IMG/VR virus record: IMGVR_UViG_3300009095_000040 | Coordinates: 1-34,815 of that record | Direction: 5' to 3' (one strand) | Source: a virus | Taxonomy: Duplodnaviria > Caudoviricetes | DNA length: 34,815 bases | Part shown: positions 1 through 8,088 of the stretch, one piece after another | Layout: each line of letters opens with the position of its first letter | Numbering within the stretch: position 1 is the first letter of the stretch | The notes under the pieces: generated by a model | What the model was told of the DNA's origin: nothing | Seen by the model: only the letters and a program-made list of their open reading frames with translations | The model's database searches: none | Made by a program: the position numbers and the translations under genes

Positions 1-132
1 CCCGAGGTCGTACCGCCTGTCGGCGTTGCGCTTGCTGCTGACTTCGATGACGTGGTTCGTGGTCCCGATTTTCAGGTTCAGCGTGAACGTGAGGTTGTGC
101 TCGTCGGGGCAGTAGGTTGGTCCAAGGTGCAT
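1..132 (-). CDS. N-terminal part of a hypothetical early protein (MHLGPTYCPDEHNLTFTLNLKIG...), runs off the window edge
   Basis: ATG at 132 preceded by CCACAGGAG SD and the conserved leader/promoter cassette; frame open to position 1; not in the ORF track. Confidence 0.75.
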   Translation of the reverse strand, partial: MHLGPTYCPDEHNLTFTLNLKIGTTNHVIEVSSKRNADRRYDLG

Positions 133-138
133 CTTGCT

Positions 139-193
139 CTCCTGTGGTTCGCGTCCGTGCACACACACTCACGCCCGGGTGGCCCGCAGTCCA
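139..193 (-). promoter_or_regulatory. Early-type cassette: TGGACT-N17-GAGTGT promoter, ACGGACGC motif, CCACAGGAG SD
   Basis: -35 at 188-193, -10 at 165-170, motif at 151-158, SD at about 139-147; same layout as the copies at 29.2, 29.9 and 32.2 kb. Confidence 0.75.
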
Positions 194-227
194 GCCAAAA
201 CCCGGGATTTCGCGGATTTATTTACGC

Positions 228-254
228 AAAACCGGCCGCACTCGGCGGCCGGTT
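228..254 (-). terminator. Rho-independent terminator ending the late operon
   Basis: 10-bp inverted repeat AACCGGCCGC/GCGGCCGGTT (230-239/245-254) running into TTTT on the minus strand, 20 nt after the stop at 275. Confidence 0.7.
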
Positions 255-274
255 GCTTGTTGCTGGTTCGCAAT

Positions 275-652
275 TCAGGAAGCCATGGCCGTGAACTCGA
301 CGCCGCGGCCCCACATTTCCCTGACATGTTCGCGCGTGGCGTGTTCGCCACAGAGGAAGGGTTGCGCGAGAATCAGGAACGCCGGCCCTGCCCGGAGTGT
401 CGCCCGGGCTTTGCAGCCCGGCGCTTCGCACTTGTAGTGCGGGTACTCGTCGCCGACTGGAACAAGAACGAGGTGCCCCGTTTCGCCGTCCTTGATGTGA
501 TCGCAGGCTTCGGCTGGCGTCGCGTGCCCTCTGCATCCGTCCCGGCAGGCGCCGTGCGTTCGGATGGAGCGGTCCTGCATGACGGTAAACCGGAACGTCC
601 CGAGCCCCTTGCCGTTCTCGTCCGCCATCTCTCGCGCGCCGTAGTACCGCAT
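275..652 (-). CDS. Cys/His-rich hypothetical phage protein (125 aa, probable Zn-binding)
   Basis: ATG at 652 in a TGATG overlap with the upstream stop; CRDGCRGH...C and CEAPGC...LCGEH clusters. Confidence 0.75.
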   Translation of the reverse strand: MRYYGAREMADENGKGLGTFRFTVMQDRSIRTHGACRDGCRGHATPAEACDHIKDGETGHLVLVPVGDEYPHYKCEAPGCKARATLRAGPAFLILAQPFLCGEHATREHVREMWGRGVEFTAMAS

Positions 653-1026
653 CAGGCTCCGAACACTTTCATGACGCGGCCGAACAGGCCGGCAAAGATG
701 TTGGTCGCGTGGCCCGCGCTTGCCATCACGACGTCGCGAATCGCCCGCATCGCTTCGATGCTGACGACTGTCTTGAGGTCGTACAGCGTCGACTCGACAA
801 TCGCGACCTCGCGGCCGACGTGCTGGCCCGCCGCCTGCTTGATCTTGAGCCGCGCGAGGTCTGTGAGCGCGCCCTTTACAAGTTCGAGCCCGTCGCCGGT
901 GAGCTTGTTGAACGCGTCCTTGCCGACCGCCTTCGCCTTCTCGAGCAGCTCGAGCCCTTCCTTCTTGGCGAGCTCCTCGAGCGATTCCGCGAGCTCCTTC
1001 GCCTTGTCGCCGATGCTGTCGCTCAT
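652..1026 (-). CDS. Hypothetical amphipathic helical protein (124 aa)
   Basis: ATGA overlap with the upstream lipoprotein gene; AAGGA SD; helical composition. Confidence 0.8.
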   Translation of the reverse strand: MSDSIGDKAKELAESLEELAKKEGLELLEKAKAVGKDAFNKLTGDGLELVKGALTDLARLKIKQAAGQHVGREVAIVESTLYDLKTVVSIEAMRAIRDVVMASAGHATNIFAGLFGRVMKVFGA

Positions 1027-1331
1027 GGCTGATCCTTCGCTCTGGTGTGCCCAATTTCCTTGGCGAGCTCGTCGGCAAGGATGTTCGCCGACTTGTACTT
1101 CCGCTCCCGGCGCTCGAGCTTCTCCTCGCGCGTTCCGGTTGAGTCGTCAAGGAACCACGGCACGAACTGGCCGTCGTCAGTCTTGCGGTAGGCGTTGGGA
1201 ACCATTTCGTTCCACTCCTCGACGACTGAGTCCGTCTGCAGGACGTACGCCTTCGCGGTGTCCTCGTTGATGGAAACACAGCCGGCCGCGAGCGCGGCCA
1301 GTGTGATAAGCATGAGTACGAACGTCTTCAT
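1023..1331 (-). CDS. Lipoprotein (102 aa), possible outer-membrane spanin-like component
   Basis: Start MKTFVLMLITLAALAAGC at 1331 after AAGGAG SD; basic N-terminus, hydrophobic core and lipobox LAAG-C. Confidence 0.8.
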   Translation of the reverse strand: MKTFVLMLITLAALAAGCVSINEDTAKAYVLQTDSVVEEWNEMVPNAYRKTDDGQFVPWFLDDSTGTREEKLERRERKYKSANILADELAKEIGHTRAKDQP

Positions 1332-1362
1332 GGGTCGCTCCTTCGCCGGAGCGTAACCCGGC

Positions 1363-1842
1363 CTAGCTTTCGGCGCAAGTGCCATTTGCCGGCGGCCGGC
1401 CGTTGAGTTTCTCGAGCTCGTCGATGCGCCGGTGCCCGTCCCGCGCGAGGTCGGCGGCAATCTGCGCCGCGAGCGCCGTGTCGCTCATCATCTTCGCGCC
1501 AACTTTCAGCTGGTCCTTGATGTTGATGATCTCCTCGATCAGCCGCGTCTGGCGCTTCTTGCTGTCAGCGAAGTATTGCAGCACACCAAGGCCGACGACT
1601 GCGAGCGCGATGTAGTACCACGGAATCTGCTGGCCAAGAATCTGCAAGCCCTCCTGACCGCCGAACCCGCCGGCGATTGACAGCAGCGCGAGTACGAACG
1701 GGTTGCCCTTCGCCTTTTCGATGAACGCCTTCACGATCTCCGCGTTGCTGGCGGGCATGAGCTTCTCGAGGTCGACCGCATCGTCGTTGTCGATTTCCTC
1801 GCGCTGTTCCGGGGTCAACTTGTCCGTGCTGATTCTTGCCAT
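1363..1842 (-). CDS. Membrane protein with C-terminal coiled coil (holin or inner-spanin candidate)
   Basis: AGGAG SD; hydrophobic segments PFVLALLSIAGG and WYYIALAVVGLGVLQYF followed by a heptad-like helix; lies after the tail fibres. Confidence 0.6.
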   Translation of the reverse strand: MARISTDKLTPEQREEIDNDDAVDLEKLMPASNAEIVKAFIEKAKGNPFVLALLSIAGGFGGQEGLQILGQQIPWYYIALAVVGLGVLQYFADSKKRQTRLIEEIINIKDQLKVGAKMMSDTALAAQIAADLARDGHRRIDELEKLNGRPPANGTCAES

Positions 1843-1854
1843 GGTGGCTCCTAC

Positions 1855-3171
1855 CTATGCCCTGAAGAACGTCCACCATGAGGCGGACGATATCGCAGCG
1901 GCTGTCGTTCCAAGCTGCGCTCGACTCATGCTGACAATGTTTCCGCTGACGAACGTGAACTTGATGATCTCGCCGGTGTCGCGGTTGATGGCGTAGTCGT
2001 TCAGGACCGGCTGGGCGGTCTTGTCCGCTATGTCGCCGCTGGTGGCGCTGTCGGCGTAGTTGTTCGCGAACCGGAACGCGCCAATCTCATCGTAGCCGTC
2101 GGGCGTCACGTCTTCGATGTCGGCCCACGACCTGAGAACGTCTACGACAGCCGCATACTGCGCGTCGCTGAGGTTGACCGCCCACGTGACGAACACCGCG
2201 AACTTGCCGCCAGCATAGGTGAGGTGCTTGAACAGCTGGAGCAGCTTGTTGGTAGCCGTGGTTCCCGATCCGGTGCGGGCCTCGGACGCCTTGTCGATGG
2301 ACGCGCAGTAGCCGGCCGTCGAGTCGTGACGCCCGGCAAGGACGCCCGGGTTGCTCTGCAAGAACGCCGAGACAATCCCGCCTGTGCCGCCACTCGCGCC
2401 GGCAACGTTGTAGATGGTGTCGCTCGCCAAGTTGCGGTGCGTCACGTATGGCCGCGTAGAGTCACCCGCGCTGTGGCCAACGATGCCGTCGTTGATGTAC
2501 GCGCTCGAGTTGTTGAGCACGGGTGCGTCGAGCAGGCAGAGCATGGCGAACGTGTGCGCGTTCCCGTCGCCGTACCATCCGTATTCCGCGAGGTTCCTTA
2601 GCGCCCTGTAGTACTCGCTGTTGGCATCATCCATCACGAGCGCGGGCTTCGTTCCTATCGCTGCCGCCTCGACAACGCCGCCCTTGTTGGTCGCGCCTTC
2701 GTCCATGTAGACGCGGTCGCCAACCTGATCAAGCAGCCGGAACGCACGCTCTGTGTCTGCGGCAACCGTGTGGGTAACCAAGTAGACGCCAGCGTTGTCG
2801 GAAATACTTTGAGCCGTCGTGCCTCCAAAACCACGAGCGACCGTCAGCGTGTTCGCAGTGATCCCCGAAATCTTGAGGACTTCGGTCGATCCTTCCGGCT
2901 GGATGGTGTCACCGATACGAAAGACGGAACCGTCGTCAACGACGATGCTAGTAGAGACGTCGTCATACCCGCCGATGTTGTTGATCGCCGACAGCGCAAC
3001 TGGTTCTACCTGTGGGTCGAATTTCAGCGCGTCAGTCTCTACAACGAACAGCGCCGTCGGCGCGGCGCCTGCGGCTGCCGTCAGCAGGTCGAGCAGAGAC
3101 GATCCGCCGCCGCCCGCGGCCTTGTTCGCCGCCCCAACCGCTACAGCTGGTCCGATGATGAGTCCGCTCAT
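1855..3171 (-). CDS. Virion structural / receptor-binding protein, possible LamG/ConA-like core (438 aa)
   Basis: A/G/T/S-rich beta composition; related motifs TLTVARGFGGTTA and IVSMSRAQLGTTA flank the core; located in the tail module. Confidence 0.6.
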   Translation of the reverse strand: MSGLIIGPAVAVGAANKAAGGGGSSLLDLLTAAAGAAPTALFVVETDALKFDPQVEPVALSAINNIGGYDDVSTSIVVDDGSVFRIGDTIQPEGSTEVLKISGITANTLTVARGFGGTTAQSISDNAGVYLVTHTVAADTERAFRLLDQVGDRVYMDEGATNKGGVVEAAAIGTKPALVMDDANSEYYRALRNLAEYGWYGDGNAHTFAMLCLLDAPVLNNSSAYINDGIVGHSAGDSTRPYVTHRNLASDTIYNVAGASGGTGGIVSAFLQSNPGVLAGRHDSTAGYCASIDKASEARTGSGTTATNKLLQLFKHLTYAGGKFAVFVTWAVNLSDAQYAAVVDVLRSWADIEDVTPDGYDEIGAFRFANNYADSATSGDIADKTAQPVLNDYAINRDTGEIIKFTFVSGNIVSMSRAQLGTTAAAISSASWWTFFRA

Positions 3172-3177
3172 GATGAC

Positions 3178-3205
3178 AGCGTAGCCGGAGCCCGCCGACT
3201 TTCAA
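3178..3205 (-). promoter_or_regulatory. Possible sigma70-type promoter giving a leaderless mRNA
   Basis: TTGAAA-N16-TACGCT ends 6 nt before the ATG at 3171; no SD present. Confidence 0.4.
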
Positions 3206-3214
3206 GTCTAACGG

Positions 3215-5011
3215 CTACTTGATGTTCAACAGGCTGGCGCTCAGGTAGGTCTTGGGTGCACCAGCCTTCACGCGGACGCTGAGCGTCCCGCTACCGTCGA
3301 CGCCAAACGCGTAGAGCTCGATGTAGTCGGTCGCGCCGTTCAGATACACGACGTCCGAGCCGTGGCTTTCCGGGTAGGTGTCCTTCGTGACCGTTTCACC
3401 CGCGCCGACTCCGCTGTCTGTCGAGCCGCCCGAGTGGATCACTCCGTTCTTGTAGATGGCCGTTTTGAACGCGTAGAACTTGGCGGTGTTGAACGGAATC
3501 GACTCGGCCTCGCCAACGGCGTCATACAGCGCAAACTCGACGTTCCAATTGATCTGGTAGTAGCCCGCCACGTTCGGCGTGAAGCGGTACAGGGTCGCCG
3601 CGTCGAACGTGCTCTCGAGGTCGAAGCTCTCGGTGTCGAGCACCAGCTTCGTCCACGTGGCCTGAGCGAAGTCCTGATCACTGCCTTGGTAGGCACGGAC
3701 GATGTTGTGCCGAACGCCGATGTAGACCTCGCCGCCGCCATCGTCTACGCCGCGGTAGTTGTTTGGGGTGTCGTTCTTGGCGTAGGTCTTGTACTTCGCG
3801 GCCGTCGATGCCGGCGGTGTCGCTTGCTCGCTGTGCGTCTGGTACTTGACGTTGTTGACGTCGTTGCCGTTGGCGTCGAGGTTGCCCGTCATTGCCCGCG
3901 TGCCGTCAATCAGCAGGTACTGCGGGTGATCGTCGCTCGACAGGTTGGAAAGGTCGCTGTGCGACGTCGCTCCGGTTGCCGTGAACTGCTGCACGAAAGC
4001 CGACTGCAGCGACTCGAAGCTCGCCGCGCTTTTCTGGATGATGATCTTCGCCGCAAGCACGCCGTGCCCGAGTTGGAAGTGGGGCGGGATATCGCTGGGC
4101 GGAGTGGCGTCCTGCGCGTCCTTGAGCGTGTAGTCGTCGCGGCCGTAGACTACGTACACGTGATCGTCGACGCCGATGTAGACCCAATGCACGCCGTACT
4201 TGTTGCTGCCGAGCGTCGCAAGCGCGCCGCTGCCATCGTCGTACTGCGTATTGTCGATCTGCGCCTGCGAAGCTACCGCCGTCCATCCGCCGCCGCCGTC
4301 GCGGTAGAAGTAGGTGAACCTGTCGGCGCCTGAACTGTTGAATCCGCCGGCGAGCGTGGTGATCTGGTTGAGCGAAATCCAGCCGGTGAACTCGGTGACC
4401 GTGATGTTGCGCGTGCCTGTTTCCCCGACGACTCCGCCAGACTCCCGCGTGAGCCCGAACGTGCGGTACAGCCGCTCGCTGAGCATGTGAAGCGCGTTGG
4501 CAACGAACTCGCGCCGCGGCGTCGGGTGGACGACAAGCCCGCTGCGGTACACCGTGCCGAGGAACAGGTTGGTGTTGTGGTCGGTGCGTTCCGCCGTGGT
4601 CACTACGATCTGCGGGGCGCCACCGTTGTACTCGACGTAGATGTAGCTGATCGCAGCGTCCGTCGGCGTGTAGCCCGTGACCGCCGACCATTCGAACGAC
4701 AGCACTTCAGCCGTGTCAGAGTCCGTCGCGCGGATGAAGCCAGCTCCGGCCGCAATGTCGATATTGCCGCCGCCGGCGTCGGTGATGCCACCGCCGGAAA
4801 TGACGCCGCTCGACAGCATGGCGTCGAGCTTCTCTTGCAGCTGATTCAGCGCCGGCGCACCAATGACCGGGATGCCGATTTCGCTCGTCTGCACCTGCGC
4901 CGACTCGACGTCCGAACCGACACGCTTGAGGTACTGGCCCGCCGTGAGGTCGCGAAGGTTGAGCGACGATCCATCCGGCGTGACGATCTTCGGGTTGCGG
5001 GTCTGAGTCAT
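3215..5011 (-). CDS. Tail fibre / receptor-binding protein with C-terminal C1q/TNF-like head (598 aa)
   Basis: HSDLSNLSSDDHPQYL fibre-type motif; C-terminal VRAY...WTKLVLDTESFD...FTPNVAGYYQI...YLNGATDYIELY pattern typical of C1q-like jelly rolls. Confidence 0.75.
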   Translation of the reverse strand: MTQTRNPKIVTPDGSSLNLRDLTAGQYLKRVGSDVESAQVQTSEIGIPVIGAPALNQLQEKLDAMLSSGVISGGGITDAGGGNIDIAAGAGFIRATDSDTAEVLSFEWSAVTGYTPTDAAISYIYVEYNGGAPQIVVTTAERTDHNTNLFLGTVYRSGLVVHPTPRREFVANALHMLSERLYRTFGLTRESGGVVGETGTRNITVTEFTGWISLNQITTLAGGFNSSGADRFTYFYRDGGGGWTAVASQAQIDNTQYDDGSGALATLGSNKYGVHWVYIGVDDHVYVVYGRDDYTLKDAQDATPPSDIPPHFQLGHGVLAAKIIIQKSAASFESLQSAFVQQFTATGATSHSDLSNLSSDDHPQYLLIDGTRAMTGNLDANGNDVNNVKYQTHSEQATPPASTAAKYKTYAKNDTPNNYRGVDDGGGEVYIGVRHNIVRAYQGSDQDFAQATWTKLVLDTESFDLESTFDAATLYRFTPNVAGYYQINWNVEFALYDAVGEAESIPFNTAKFYAFKTAIYKNGVIHSGGSTDSGVGAGETVTKDTYPESHGSDVVYLNGATDYIELYAFGVDGSGTLSVRVKAGAPKTYLSASLLNIK

Positions 5012-8000
5012 TGCGCCACCACCTTCTGAATCTTGTACCAGACCTCGAGCTCGCCACTGATGAGCCCGTCCATAGAGTCGCTCGCGGTGAATCTGGCTAC
5101 GATGCCCGTAGTCGCCTCGAGGTCAAGCACAGGAGCCGCGAGCGGGGCGTAGCGCGAGAGCGGAAGCGGCGTGCCGATGAGCTCGAGCTCCTCAACGAAA
5201 TCGTCGGCGCCACCGCCGCTCTTGCCAACCTGCACAGTGAGCGACGCCATGCCGTCCCACTCGAGCGTCGCCTTCGCGATGAACGCGATGATCTCGTAGC
5301 CGGCCGGCACTACCGCGACGTCGTAATCGAGCAACGTCCCCGGGTCGTTGATATCCGTGTACGAAACCGTCGCCTTCTTCCAGTGCGGGCCTTCCGGGTA
5401 GACCTGACCGTTGGGCGCGTAAACCGTGTTCTTGAACTCGACCGTCTTCGCGTCGTCATGGGCCCCTGTGTCGTCAAGACACTCGACCTCGAGCGCGTCG
5501 CTGGCGTCTACCGAGTTTGTCCCGCGTTTCAGGCGCCAGCCGTCAACTGCTGGCCCGTAGTTGTCGGCGTCCTGCCCTTCAACCGGCCGCGCGCCAATGT
5601 AGAGCGGGGACTCCGGCCTGAGCACAACGCCGGCGGTGACGTTGCTGGCGTCTTCGCTCGCCGGGTCTACATCCGGCCCGTGGAACACGAACGACGACAC
5701 GACCGCGATGTTCTTGATCTGGCGCGGCTCGATCGCAATGCCGGCCATGGGCGTGATGCAGATGGACGCCGGCGCCTTGCCTTGCTCGATGTACTCCTGA
5801 ATCGTCCGGCTGTCGGCCGCCGCAAGAGTGTTCTCGCGGCGATGCTTGTCTGTGACCGCGTAGAAGTCGAGCGCCGGAAGCATGAGCTTGTCGAGCATCA
5901 TCGCCGGAAGGATGGAGCCGGCGGGTGCTGAGCGCCGCGCATGCGAATCCCTCTCGGCTCTGGCGCCGGTGATCGGCCCGTCGGTTGACTGGTTGGCCTT
6001 CCGACGTGCCGCTTCCTCTGTCTGCTTCGCGAGCGCGCCGCGGAGCTCCTCAGCCGTCTTGGCGTCGTCAATGGCCTTGCGCCGGCGGCGGTACTCGTCC
6101 TCGATTTCCTTGAGCCGCTTCGCCTTGCTCGAGCCGGCCTTCGCTTCCGCCTCGCGCTTCTCTGCCGCCTCGCGCCGGTCGAGCTCCTTCTTGACCGAGT
6201 CCTTCACCTTCTCGAGCAAGCCGGCGTCGACCTTCGATGATGCCGTGCCTTTCGGAGCGTCCTCGGGACGTCCGACGCCGGGCTTCTTCGCAGCGCCACC
6301 GCCGCCACCGCCGCCGGCCGATCCGCCGGAAATCGCGTCGCGGGCTTCTTCTTCGGCCTGACGCCGCAAGTCCTGCCGTTCCTTGACGCCCATGCGGGGC
6401 TCGCAGGCTGCGCGCCTTCTGGCGATTTCGGCCGCCACCGCGCGACGTGCTGCGATGCGCGCTTGCGCGCCCGGGTTGGTGTGTCCGTATTCTTTCAGCC
6501 TCGCCCGCTTGTTAGCGCGCTCTTGTGCATCTTTGGCCTGCCGTTGCGCCTTCTCTTTGAGCTTCGCGAGAGCCTCTGCGAGTCGCGCCGCCCGTTTCGG
6601 CTGTCCGCGGCGCTTCGCTTTGGCAAGCCGCTCGAGCAGCGATTGAATCCGCCGCCAGACGGAAGGCGACACGCCGTCGGGGCGCGGTCCGATATCCGGC
6701 GCCTCGTCCCGGTTGCCGCCGCCGGCGATGCGGGGACCGTCGCGCCCGGGCTGCTGCCGGCACTTCTTCTTGCGCCGGTTGTCGTCTAGATCGTCGTGGT
6801 CGCCGCGAGGCTTCGGCCTCGGCTCCTTGTTGTCGGGGTCCGGGTCGCCCTTCTTGTCACCGCCTCGTCCGCCGGGGCCACCACCGCCGCCGCCGGGGCC
6901 ACCACCGCCGCCTCGGCCACCACCGCCGCCACCGCCGCCGCCGCCGGCCGACGGTGCGCCACCGCCGCCGAACTGCCCTTGGGGTGATCCGCCCGAAGTC
7001 TGAGGCGCAATCATGTGCTCCTCGACTTCGATCTCCCAAACGCCGTAGCCCTGTGTCGGCTGGCCGTTTACGTCGAACTGCGTGTTTCTCCGGTTGGGGT
7101 TGAGGAACAGCCGGCCCTTGCCGAAAAATGGCGGCTGCAGGTGGACGCCACCAACTACACCGCCGCCGGCCCCGAGGTGCCCGCCCGACACCCGCCAGCC
7201 GACAGGAACCGTGTCGAACGCGTACCTCGAATCGTCGAAGTCGAGCGGCGCCGGGGCGTCGGTCTGCTGCTCCGGGTTGCCAAACTTCGCTGTCCGGTAG
7301 TCGAGCATGATTGCTCGAAACGGAATCTGCCGGTTGTTGCGCCCGAGCTCCGTGGCGTTCGTTGGATCGGCCGCAAATGGCCCGTTGCGGTTCCAGACGC
7401 CCATGCCGACGATGCGCTCGCCGAGCTGGCCCGCGTACTGGCCAACCTTGTTGAACACGAACGCCATATTGCCGTCGAGGTTCTTGTCCTCGAGGCTCAT
7501 GGCGTTCAGGCTGATAACGTACCGACTGCCCATCTGAGGCGGGAGCGCGACCACGTAGAACGCGCTGCTGAGCCCGCCGTCGCCGTCAAGCTGGTCGAAC
7601 TCGTCCGTGCCGAACACTATGCTTTCGCCGGCCGGCCGCTTCGTTCCGAGGTGGTTGACGCGCAGACCAACAGCGGCGTCCGGGTGGAAGATGACGCGGT
7701 CTTCGTCTAGATCGGTGCCGGCGACAATGATGCCGGTTGTCCCCGGGGCGACGTCCTTTGTTCCGTCAGGAAGCTGCCAGCGCGGAAATGGCTTGTGATT
7801 CGGGTCGGCTCGGCCGTTGTTGTCAAGTGCATGGAGCTCAGGCGCCGCCGTGCTGGCTTGGATGATGCCGGGGAGAGCGAACGACCACAGGCCCGGCTGG
7901 GGACTGTTGCCTTCTGTCATCACGAGGTTGCGCCGAACGCGCCCTTCCTCGCTGACCCGTGGATAGCCGAACTGGTTGATCGTGTCGACGCCGCGGGCGA

Positions 8001-8088
8001 TGGGCAGGCCGCGACTGCCGGGCTCGAGCGCCGGCTGAACTGTGTTGTTGCCTAGTTCTTCCTGCCGGCTGTCTCTCGTCTGTCTCAT
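5008..8088 (-). CDS. Large virion-associated protein (1026 aa) with a central low-complexity Gly-rich and Arg/Lys/Glu/Ala-rich region
   Basis: Longest ORF; ATGA overlaps on both sides; folded-looking N- and C-terminal thirds. Confidence 0.8.
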   Translation of the reverse strand: MRQTRDSRQEELGNNTVQPALEPGSRGLPIARGVDTINQFGYPRVSEEGRVRRNLVMTEGNSPQPGLWSFALPGIIQASTAAPELHALDNNGRADPNHKPFPRWQLPDGTKDVAPGTTGIIVAGTDLDEDRVIFHPDAAVGLRVNHLGTKRPAGESIVFGTDEFDQLDGDGGLSSAFYVVALPPQMGSRYVISLNAMSLEDKNLDGNMAFVFNKVGQYAGQLGERIVGMGVWNRNGPFAADPTNATELGRNNRQIPFRAIMLDYRTAKFGNPEQQTDAPAPLDFDDSRYAFDTVPVGWRVSGGHLGAGGGVVGGVHLQPPFFGKGRLFLNPNRRNTQFDVNGQPTQGYGVWEIEVEEHMIAPQTSGGSPQGQFGGGGAPSAGGGGGGGGGGRGGGGGPGGGGGGPGGRGGDKKGDPDPDNKEPRPKPRGDHDDLDDNRRKKKCRQQPGRDGPRIAGGGNRDEAPDIGPRPDGVSPSVWRRIQSLLERLAKAKRRGQPKRAARLAEALAKLKEKAQRQAKDAQERANKRARLKEYGHTNPGAQARIAARRAVAAEIARRRAACEPRMGVKERQDLRRQAEEEARDAISGGSAGGGGGGGAAKKPGVGRPEDAPKGTASSKVDAGLLEKVKDSVKKELDRREAAEKREAEAKAGSSKAKRLKEIEDEYRRRRKAIDDAKTAEELRGALAKQTEEAARRKANQSTDGPITGARAERDSHARRSAPAGSILPAMMLDKLMLPALDFYAVTDKHRRENTLAAADSRTIQEYIEQGKAPASICITPMAGIAIEPRQIKNIAVVSSFVFHGPDVDPASEDASNVTAGVVLRPESPLYIGARPVEGQDADNYGPAVDGWRLKRGTNSVDASDALEVECLDDTGAHDDAKTVEFKNTVYAPNGQVYPEGPHWKKATVSYTDINDPGTLLDYDVAVVPAGYEIIAFIAKATLEWDGMASLTVQVGKSGGGADDFVEELELIGTPLPLSRYAPLAAPVLDLEATTGIVARFTASDSMDGLISGELEVWYKIQKVVAQ
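6870..6970. repeat. Poly-Gly-coding CCG/CCA low-complexity tract containing a 21-nt tandem unit (gccggggccaccaccgccgcc)
   Basis: Directly visible; encodes GGGGGP repeats of the 1026-aa protein. Confidence 0.8.

Noticed and set aside
275-1279. 334-aa ORF as called in the track
   Set aside because: The upstream part overlaps two better genes in other frames; the real start is the ATG at 652. Similar over-extensions were trimmed for ORFs ending at 1023, 16950, 22210, 23927, 24466, 24774, 25641, 26821, 28229, 30723, 31118 and 31416
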